From assembly GCA_000146045.2 (NCBI GenBank), contig BK006936.2:749185-813184 (forward strand): a stretch of DNA of 64,000 nucleotides, written 5' to 3'. This DNA is from TPA_inf: Saccharomyces (Eukaryota). Position 1 is the first letter of the stretch. Each line of letters begins with the position of its first letter. The notes below the pieces were generated by a model. That model saw nothing but the letters and a program-made list of their open reading frames with translations, did no database searches and was not told where the DNA came from. Of this stretch, positions 55,870-64,000 are shown one piece after another. A program made the translations under genes and the position numbers.

Positions 55870-56072
55870 GACCCCACACAATTAAGAATTGGCTCGAAGA
55901 GTGATAACGCATACTTTTCTTTTCTTTTTTCAGTTCCTAGCGTACCTAACGTAGGTAACATGATTTGGATCGTGGGATGATACAAACAACGTAAGATGAG
56001 TAGTTCCTTCCTCAATTCTTCTTTCAGCATCATTTTCTTGAGGCGCTCTGGGCAAGGTATAAAAAGTTCCAT
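55851..56072 (-). CDS. 73-aa small ORF inside the MAL31-MAL32 intergenic promoter (possibly YBR298C-A). Coding status doubtful.
   Basis: ORF-track ORF with no domain. Overlaps the UAS_MAL repeats. Confidence 0.15.
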   Translation of the reverse strand: MELFIPCPERLKKMMLKEELRKELLILRCLYHPTIQIMLPTLGTLGTEKRKEKYALSLFEPILNCVGSAKTSG

Positions 56073-56166
56073 TAATACGTCTCTAAAAAATTAAACCATC
56101 TATCTCTTAAGCAGTTTTTTTGATAATCTCAAATGTACATCAGTCAAGCGTAACTAAAATACATAA

Positions 56167-57921
56167 ATGACTATTTCTGATCATCCAGAAACAGAACCAA
56201 AGTGGTGGAAAGAGGCCACAATCTATCAAATTTACCCAGCAAGTTTTAAAGACTCCAATAACGATGGCTGGGGTGATTTAAAAGGTATCACTTCCAAGTT
56301 GCAGTATATTAAAGATCTTGGCGTTGATGCTATTTGGGTTTGTCCGTTTTATGACTCTCCTCAACAAGATATGGGGTATGATATATCTAACTACGAAAAG
56401 GTCTGGCCCACATACGGTACCAACGAGGACTGTTTTGAGCTAATTGACAAGACTCATAAGCTGGGTATGAAATTCATCACCGATTTGGTTATCAACCACT
56501 GTTCTACAGAACACGAATGGTTCAAAGAGAGCAGATCCTCGAAGACCAATCCGAAGCGTGACTGGTTCTTCTGGAGACCTCCTAAAGGTTATGACGCCGA
56601 AGGCAAGCCAATTCCTCCAAACAATTGGAAATCTTTCTTTGGTGGTTCAGCTTGGACTTTTGATGAAACTACAAATGAATTTTACCTCCGTTTGTTTGCG
56701 AGTCGTCAAGTTGACTTGAATTGGGAGAATGAAGACTGCAGAAGGGCAATCTTTGAAAGTGCTGTTGGATTTTGGCTGGACCATGGTGTAGATGGTTTTA
56801 GAATCGATACCGCTGGTTTGTATTCGAAACGTCCTGGTTTACCAGATTCCCCAATTTTTGACAAAACCTCGAAATTACAACATCCAAATTGGGGGTCTCA
56901 CAATGGTCCTAGGATTCATGAATATCATCAAGAACTACACAGATTTATGAAAAACAGGGTGAAAGATGGTAGAGAAATAATGACAGTCGGTGAAGTTGCC
57001 CATGGAAGTGATAATGCTTTATACACCAGTGCAGCTAGATACGAAGTCAGCGAAGTTTTCTCCTTCACGCACGTTGAACTTGGTACCTCGCCATTTTTCC
57101 GTTATAACATAGTGCCCTTCACCTTGAAACAATGGAAAGAAGCCATTGCATCGAACTTTTTGTTCATTAACGGTACTGATAGTTGGGCTACCACCTACAT
57201 CGAGAATCACGATCAAGCCCGGTCAATTACGAGATTTGCTGACGATTCGCCAAAGTACCGTAAAATATCTGGTAAGCTGTTAACATTGCTAGAATGTTCA
57301 TTGACAGGTACGTTGTATGTCTATCAAGGTCAGGAGATAGGCCAGATCAATTTCAAGGAATGGCCTATTGAAAAGTATGAGGACGTTGATGTGAAAAACA
57401 ACTACGAGATTATCAAAAAAAGTTTTGGTAAAAACTCGAAGGAAATGAAGGATTTTTTTAAAGGAATCGCCCTACTTTCTAGAGATCATTCGAGAACTCC
57501 CATGCCATGGACGAAAGATAAGCCCAATGCTGGATTTACTGGCCCAGATGTTAAACCTTGGTTTTTCTTGAATGAATCTTTTGAGCAAGGAATCAATGTT
57601 GAGCAGGAATCCAGAGATGATGACTCAGTTCTCAATTTTTGGAAAAGGGCCTTGCAAGCCAGAAAGAAATATAAGGAACTTATGATTTATGGTTACGATT
57701 TCCAATTCATTGATTTAGACAGTGACCAGATCTTTAGCTTCACTAAAGAGTACGAAGACAAGACGCTGTTTGCTGCTTTGAATTTCAGTGGCGAAGAAAT
57801 TGAATTCAGCCTCCCAAGAGAAGGTGCTTCTTTATCTTTTATTCTTGGAAATTATGATGATACTGACGTTTCCTCCAGAGTTTTGAAACCATGGGAAGGT
57901 AGAATCTACCTCGTCAAATAA
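56167..57921 (+). CDS. MAL32: Maltase (alpha-glucosidase, GH13), 584 aa
   Basis: ATG at 56167. GH13 motifs ([30 protein letters not shown]). Thr rather than Val in RIDTAG is the maltase rather than isomaltase type. Confidence 0.9.
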   Translation: MTISDHPETEPKWWKEATIYQIYPASFKDSNNDGWGDLKGITSKLQYIKDLGVDAIWVCPFYDSPQQDMGYDISNYEKVWPTYGTNEDCFELIDKTHKLGMKFITDLVINHCSTEHEWFKESRSSKTNPKRDWFFWRPPKGYDAEGKPIPPNNWKSFFGGSAWTFDETTNEFYLRLFASRQVDLNWENEDCRRAIFESAVGFWLDHGVDGFRIDTAGLYSKRPGLPDSPIFDKTSKLQHPNWGSHNGPRIHEYHQELHRFMKNRVKDGREIMTVGEVAHGSDNALYTSAARYEVSEVFSFTHVELGTSPFFRYNIVPFTLKQWKEAIASNFLFINGTDSWATTYIENHDQARSITRFADDSPKYRKISGKLLTLLECSLTGTLYVYQGQEIGQINFKEWPIEKYEDVDVKNNYEIIKKSFGKNSKEMKDFFKGIALLSRDHSRTPMPWTKDKPNAGFTGPDVKPWFFLNESFEQGINVEQESRDDDSVLNFWKRALQARKKYKELMIYGYDFQFIDLDSDQIFSFTKEYEDKTLFAALNFSGEEIEFSLPREGASLSFILGNYDDTDVSSRVLKPWEGRIYLVK

Positions 57922-59415
57922 AATTAGTGCCGACTTTTTTTTAGCGCGTACTTTAACGAAATAACAGATGATTTTTCACATGATTTTTGTTAGATAAATT
58001 TTTTATATGTAAATGATGATAACGTAAAAGCACTGTTGATAATTTGTTTCACCATTATGGGTAAATGTGTTTTTCTACATGATCCTCGTTCATTATGATA
58101 TTTAGCGTGTATATAAATGTGAATTCCAAATTATTAATGAAGCATAAGAAGCACTATCCTTTCTCTTCGGATGAAAACAAGGGAGAAGAAACCTGTGCTG
58201 GTATTAATGCTGGAATGTCTTGCTAAGAATCATACAAGGTGGTAGTTTTATTTAATAAAGAAAAGAAAAGGACTAGATATAAAAAGTGAAATGAATATAA
58301 GATAGCGTTAAGAGATGCCCACAGTACTTGACACATAATTTAGCGTTTTCTCGGGAAGCTCTGTGATTTTATGATTCAATAACACAGCGTAATTGATTTC
58401 GTGATGGTTCGATCCTATATGTAATCTCATGTAACACTCAGGCGAGTTACAAAATCGATTCAACATTGCCGGCTTATGCGTTTACGTCAAGTCTGAGCAT
58501 GCCTACCCCCTTCCGAACCCGCCTTTTATTGTCTAGCCTTCAGATGAACTAAACCAATCATCTGTCCATAATCCATATGCTTTAGACAGTGTGATTAAGC
58601 AAAAGAAAATAAGCGCATAAGAATCTTGCTACTTCGGTAACTCTACAACATTAACACCCCACAATCAATATATAAAAGCCAACGAAGTGAAGAGAAGAGG
58701 TGGAATGACGCTCTTATCCTTTGAGAAATTTGACTACGAAAATCTGTGTCCCCTATGCCATTAGTTATTGAGCTATAACTATATATCAGAGAAGTGTAGT
58801 TATTCTTCAGCAACGGGCCTATAATCTGGATACGTATGATTACTTATCGCTGTAATAATTGTAAATTCCTGGAAGAAAAACACATGACCAGAATGATAGA
58901 CATATTGAAACGGTGAATAAAAGGGAGAAAAAGGCTTAAAGGCTTTCTGTATTAGTAACACTAAGCCCTCTATCAATTTCATCCAAACAGAAAGACTGCA
59001 GGTACATCCATAGGATAGAAGTTCTGTATGTAAGCCGCCACTTTTTGTCTCCTTCACTTACCATATAATGAATAGAGAAACGTAGACCTAGGCGGCAACC
59101 GTTGCCTAACATACGAAGCGCTGGTGCTGTTCTCCGATTATTAGTATTACAAAAAAAATTATATAATACTTATTAAGATGTTGATTTATCAATTTCCGGT
59201 ATAGTTTCCGGTATGGCCAGCTTGATCCAGTGGAAGTTCCGCTGTTTCAGAACTAGGGCTTCGTAGCACCTCGAATGCTCATTTATTCTTGTCAACATTT
59301 TTGCTGGCAGTGTATAAGACTGTAGGCACCTACAATATACGACTCCGGTATTCGATAAGTCTTTCACTTTCTATTTTAAGAAAAACAGAATCGACAATTT
59401 TCCCGTAGCAACCGT

Positions 59416-59940
59416 TTAGAGCACAAAGATTAGGTGGCCTCTTAACGAGGGTTCAAAGCAAATTTGGTTTTGGCTTTTTCTTGGCCAAAAGCTGCAGCTG
59501 CATCTCTGAAGGCACCCTAAAGGGATTCTTCGGAAGTATGTACACTGTGAGAAAACATTCTTGTGCCTTGGAAATGCAATAAAAGGTATAGGCACTATGA
59601 AGCGTGCGCCTCGTATACGGGACCTATGAAAGACGCATCGTTCAAGTACAGAAGCACCGTAATAATATGAATAATGAATGTGGGATGAAAATTGTACACT
59701 GAGGCATTTTAGGTGAGAGATGGGTGCCAGATGATAACTCGTTTGTGCCAGGGAAGTTGGCAAGACATTCATATAAATAGAGCTGCTGTAGCTATCCATC
59801 TTTGAGGTATGCGCTTTCATTTCACTATTTCTTGTTAAGCTTACATCAGCACTAAAAAACAAAACAAATACAATGGTCAAACTAACTTCAATCGCTGCTG
59901 GTGTTGCCGCCATCGCTGCTACTGCTTCCGCAACCACCAC
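59416..59940 (-). CDS. Dubious 174-aa ORF overlapping the PAU24 promoter and start (probably YBR300C)
   Basis: Antisense overlap with the PAU gene 5' end. No domain. Confidence 0.1.
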   Translation of the reverse strand: MVVAEAVAAMAATPAAIEVSLTIVFVLFFSADVSLTRNSEMKAHTSKMDSYSSSIYMNVLPTSLAQTSYHLAPISHLKCLSVQFSSHIHYSYYYGASVLERCVFHRSRIRGARFIVPIPFIAFPRHKNVFSQCTYFRRIPLGCLQRCSCSFWPRKSQNQICFEPSLRGHLIFVL

Positions 59941-60235
59941 TCTAGCTCAATCTGACGAAAGAGTCAACTTGGTTGAATTGGGTGTCTACGTCTCTGATAT
60001 CAGAGCTCACTTGGCCCAATACTACTCTTTCCAAGTCGCTCATCCAACTGAAACCTACCCAGTTGAAATCGCTGAAGCCGTTTTCAACTACGGTGACTTC
60101 ACCACCATGTTGACCGGTATTGCCCCAGACCAAGTGACCAGAATGATCACCGGTGTCCCATGGTACTCCAGCAGATTAAAGCCAGCCATCTCTAGTGCTC
60201 TATCCAAGGACGGTATCTACACTATCGCAAACTAG
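59873..60235 (+). CDS. PAU24: Seripauperin (PAU/DAN family cell-wall mannoprotein), 120 aa
   Basis: ATG at 59873. [20 protein letters not shown] signal peptide and the highly conserved PAU body. Subtelomeric position matches YBR301W (DAN3/PAU24). Confidence 0.85.
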   Translation: MVKLTSIAAGVAAIAATASATTTLAQSDERVNLVELGVYVSDIRAHLAQYYSFQVAHPTETYPVEIAEAVFNYGDFTTMLTGIAPDQVTRMITGVPWYSSRLKPAISSALSKDGIYTIAN

Positions 60236-61155
60236 AGACTGATGCCTTTACGAATGAAATTCCATAAACCTTAAGAAATAACGGAAAAAAAAAAAAAAGC
60301 TTTTTTTTTTTTTGATAGTATAAATAGTTGATTATATGTAAGTGTATATTAATATTGTTACTACTGGTCAATCGTGATATTTATGAACAACTTGGCGGAG
60401 CAAGGACAAGAATCCTCTCTTCCTTTTGTGGTATTCTTCGATGTGTGTCCACTTCAACGACATGGGTCATCAATATCTATGTTAAAAAATCATATTTTAG
60501 ACTCACTTGCTAGTAAACCGGTTGATGCTATTGTTAATATATAACGACAAATGTTCAAGCAATTATATAACCATTTTCTTCCATATTCACCTTAAACGAG
60601 GTCGCCTTTATTTTTTTTTTTTTTTTTTTCAGGGCATCGATCGGCCCGGAGTCGTCGCCTTCAAATGTGTCAAATTTTTAAGATTAAAGTTATCGATCTT
60701 GAAGTTTTTCGTGGCAGGAGGGTTTCTATTTAGTGTTCAATAAAGGCTTTCATGAGCTTTTGTATATTCCTTGATTAACAATAAATGTGGAAAACAAGAA
60801 GGGTAATTGTGAAAGAGTCCGATTGTAGTTGATGAACAGTAAAATCACTTATTATTTAAGGATTCCGCTGCGGTATGCGTTTTCTACTGATGTGTGGAGC
60901 AAGCCACGCCATGTGATTAACCTTGCTTGATAAAAACACAAACCATCGTTCAGAATATGCATGGAATATAGCATCACTGGGAGGAGAAAGACAATAAGTT
61001 TTGCGCATATGGTAGGATGGTGGCACATCGAGTTCTCTCAACCAGTGAGAAATAGGGAAAAAGAAAATGGTTGTAATGGTAAAAAGTAGTCTCGTTTTGG
61101 TAATTCGCAGCTGACAAACTACAAAATATATAAATTGAAAAAGTTGTATTTATCT

Positions 61156-62295
61156 CTACACTAAGAGCACCTCACTGCGGGATAATTGCGCTTCTTTAAT
61201 GTATGGCCATAGTTCCACATTCAATGGTAAAGGCCACATAGATTTCTTCGCAGATAGAACGCGGTAGAAGAAGTGGTTAAAAAACCATTCACAGTCAATC
61301 CCGTCGAAGAAAAACTCTTCATTCTTCCAGGCTTTTTTCTCAAACAAGTACCTATTCATTTTCCTTGCAATTTCGTCCCATCCATTCGCACCACTTTCTT
61401 GCTCATTTATAATAGTCGACAAGAACTGCATCTTGTGTTCCATGCTCATAATCAAAACCCTTATATTTTGGAAACCTTGTACCAACATGAAAAGAATCCA
61501 CCCGAGATACAAGGTGCGTAATAGAAGGCACATTCCCCGTGACACATATATGCAGCACAAAAAATTAAGGAATGGTATCAACATAAAAATATTGGAAATC
61601 CTCTTTAAAAACCAAGTAAGCTTAAATCGGTAAGCTTCCTTGGGAAGTTTAGCATCTTCCAGGCCAACAGGGCTCCATGATTTTTCAGTATTAAACAATT
61701 TCCATTGTTTTTCAACTTCTGTAAAATAAACTCCCAATGCTTCTTCAATGTAAGGGACGGAATCCTTAAATGACTTAACCTTGGCAGCTTTATCTTTTTT
61801 CAAAGAAAATGGTTCGAGAAGGGTTGTTCTGAACGCTTCTTGACAGACCATGGCATTGAAAAAAAAGTACTTAGTATTCCAAACGTTATTTTCATATAAG
61901 TACGAATTTAGATTTGCTGCAACAACTTCCCAATCATGAGGATCAGAACTTGGTGTGTTTTCAGTAATCTCTTTGCAAAACTGAATGAGTTGTTTCGATA
62001 AGGAACGCTTACGAGAAAGTCCACAAATAACAAGGACAAATATTGGTCCCAGAAACAGGACCAGAAGTGAAACTATAAGTGGGTAAATACAATTGTTGGA
62101 AAGTTTCCACCAGACGCTAAGTGGTAGCCATAATAGCATCCAGATGCGAAACGCTAAGGACTTGTAAATTTCATAACAAAACCAGGTAAAGCTGCTTCTG
62201 AAAAGATCTTGAGGTAGAACAATCTTTTGGGATTCGAGCTGTTTGAAGGATAATACATCTACACTCTTCTCATTTTTAAGTTCATTCTCTTTCAT
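61156..62295 (-). CDS. COS2: COS-family subtelomeric membrane protein, 379 aa
   Basis: ATG (complement 62293-62295). MKENELKNEKSVDVLSFKQLESQ N-terminus typical of the COS family. Matches YBR302C. Confidence 0.85.
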   Translation of the reverse strand: MKENELKNEKSVDVLSFKQLESQKIVLPQDLFRSSFTWFCYEIYKSLAFRIWMLLWLPLSVWWKLSNNCIYPLIVSLLVLFLGPIFVLVICGLSRKRSLSKQLIQFCKEITENTPSSDPHDWEVVAANLNSYLYENNVWNTKYFFFNAMVCQEAFRTTLLEPFSLKKDKAAKVKSFKDSVPYIEEALGVYFTEVEKQWKLFNTEKSWSPVGLEDAKLPKEAYRFKLTWFLKRISNIFMLIPFLNFLCCIYVSRGMCLLLRTLYLGWILFMLVQGFQNIRVLIMSMEHKMQFLSTIINEQESGANGWDEIARKMNRYLFEKKAWKNEEFFFDGIDCEWFFNHFFYRVLSAKKSMWPLPLNVELWPYIKEAQLSRSEVLLV

Positions 62296-63189
62296 TTTCG
62301 GTAGTGAGATGGCAGTTCGAGGGGTTTTTTATTCGAGATAGTAACTTCTGGCTTTTCGCTTTTATACAGCACAGCAGAAAAAAAAAGCCGCCGAGGCGCG
62401 CGCGTTCATGCAATGGCTCAGTAACCTCGTGATAGAAAAAGGGCAACAATATTGGGCTATTTTAGGCAAAGAAACTCAGCTATTCGAAAAGGGCATCCAT
62501 TACATTTCCGGTTTTCTATCTAGCCAACTCGATAATCGTAATAACGAATTTACAAAACTTTAATGCGGGTACATCACGGTGTGCCGTAACGTTGGTTCAC
62601 ATTTAGGGTGCGACCAGCAATGTCACTGCTCGTACAGCGGTTACCGCTTGAATGAAATACATATTTTAAGCGTAGATTTCCTGTGACAAAACTGTGTAAA
62701 CATCTAGTAGAAAATAGACGTAGCTGTCACAAATATTTACACAGGAAAGAGTCTGTCCTACGTATCTGACATGAAGATTCATAGAACCAAGTTACTTCCC
62801 AATGTGGACAACCTTTCGATACCATGTCAATAGCTTCCCCTTATGTTCGGTGTCACTGTAAAACGGATCAAAGCAAAACCTAGAGGTACGGTGGTACTCA
62901 GATCATGCATGACCTCTGGGTAATTAGCACTTCTCCCGCTTGTTTTGAGATTCTGTATATAAATATTGCAAACAAAAGGATAGAGCGCGGATGGCAGCCC
63001 TTACAGTAAAAATTATTCGTTTTAATCATGCGTCAGTGTGAGATTCTATGACAATAGTATAAGATGGGGTGAAGTAAAAGCGTCTGTATGACTATAGAGT
63101 ACAGTTATATTACAATATATGGAATAGAGCATAGTGGTATGACGATATTAAGGAACTTTAAGTTAATGATACCATGATAGTATTAAGAC

Positions 63190-63943
63190 GCAATTAAGTG
63201 TGTTTATGTATTATGGTTGAAGGATAGAATATTTTTATGTTTAGGTGATTTTAGTGGTGATTTTTTTGTAATATTGGCATAAGTGTATATAAATTGAGTG
63301 GTTAGTATACGGTGTAAAAGTGGTATAACGTATGTATTAAGAGCTGTTATACAATACTTGGGGCCGCCGAATGAGATATAGATATTAAAATGTGGATAAT
63401 CGTGGGAGTTATGCGTAAATGGCACAGGGTATAGACCGCTGAGGCAAGTGCCGTGAATAATGATGTGAGTGCATTTGGTACTGATTTAGTGAGAATGGGG
63501 CCATGGTGTGGAATATGAAAGTAGGGTAAGTTTGAGATGGTATATACTGTAGCATCCGTGTGCGTATGACATATCAGTAGAAGTGAAGGTGAGTGTGGCA
63601 AGTGGCGGTGGTGGTAGTGGTGGTATAGAGTGGTAGGGTAAGTATGTATGTATTATTTACGATCATTTGTTAACGTTTCAATATGGAGGGTAGAACAACA
63701 GTACAGTGAGTAGGACATGGTGGATGGTAGGGTAATAGTAGGGTAAGTGGTAGTGGAGTTGGATATGGGTAATTGGAGGGTAACGGTTATGGTGGACGGT
63801 GGTTAGTGGTAAGTAGAGAGATGATGGATGGTGGTTGGGAGTGGTATGGTTGAATGAGACAGGGTAACGAGTGGGGAGGTAGGGTAATGGAGGGTAGGTT
63901 TGGAGACAGGTTCATCAGGGTTAGAATAGGGTACTGTTAGGAT
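63190..63943. repeat. Subtelomeric X element: core X (~63190-63660, containing an ARS consensus) followed by X combinatorial/STR repeats rich in TTAGGG/TAGGGT Tbf1-type motifs (~63660-63943). Boundaries approximate.
   Basis: Perfect ACS TTTTATGTTTA plus downstream TAGGGTAA/TTAGGG motifs in a G-rich degenerate repeat immediately before the TG1-3 tract. No Y' helicase ORF is present. Confidence 0.6.
63233..63243 (+). promoter_or_regulatory. ARS consensus sequence TTTTATGTTTA (11/11 match to WTTTAYRTTTW) of the X-element core
   Basis: Exact match read in the sequence. Confidence 0.5.
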
Positions 63944-64000
63944 TGTGTTAGGGTGTGTGGGTGTGGGTGTGGTGTGTGTGGGTGTGGTGTGTGGGTGTGT
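63944..64000 (+). repeat. Terminal telomeric TG(1-3) repeats (chromosome end)
   Basis: Irregular GTGTGGGTGTGG... tract running to the last base of the window. Confidence 0.9.

Noticed and set aside
59405-59660. Anaerobic-response AR1-like elements (TCGTTYAG) upstream of PAU24: CCGTTTAG at ~59411 and TCGTTCAA at ~59637
   Set aside because: Both are 7/8 matches only. Too weak to call without conservation across PAU promoters.

Overview
This window is nuclear DNA from budding yeast, consistent with the terminal ~64 kb of the right arm of Saccharomyces cerevisiae chromosome II in an S288C-like strain (YBR273C through YBR302C, ending in telomere TEL02R). I recognised the proteins by reading the translated ORFs myself, with no database search. 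Gene order from left to right is: UBX7 (5' end only), CHK1, RIF1, PPS1, DPB3, PAF1, SAF1, DUG2, MRPL27, SSH1, an AMP-deaminase-like paralog (YBR284W), YBR285W, APE3, YBR287W, APM3, SNF5, BSD2, CTP1, VBA2, SUL1, PCA1, PHO89. Then comes the subtelomeric MAL3 locus (MAL33, MAL31, MAL32), a PAU seripauperin gene, COS2, an X element and terminal TG1-3 repeats. There is no Y' element. The ORF track treats TTG and GTG as start codons (checked at RIF1, DUG2, YBR285W and VBA2), so several track ORFs are 5'-extended. I list CDSs from the first ATG that gives the expected protein length. I found no tRNA, Ty/LTR, CRISPR or any prokaryotic-type system. This is ordinary, well-characterised yeast chromosome, and I do not see a genuinely novel biological system. 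The points most worth a second look are these. (1) An ATG-initiated 52-codon ORF lies upstream of VBA2 in the same frame. It is separated from a transmembrane-helix-encoding stretch and the annotated VBA2 ATG by a single TGA, so the annotated protein looks N-terminally truncated. (2) PCA1 codon 970 reads CGG (Arg), the lab-strain allele reported to inactivate cadmium efflux. (3) YBR284W has a degenerate AMP-deaminase catalytic signature, which suggests a pseudoenzyme. (4) The MAL3 divergent promoter carries UAS_MAL-like repeats and Mig1-type GC boxes. (5) The chromosome end is X-only, with a perfect ACS and TTAGGG-like Tbf1 motifs. Coordinates are from manual reading and could be off by a nucleotide or two.
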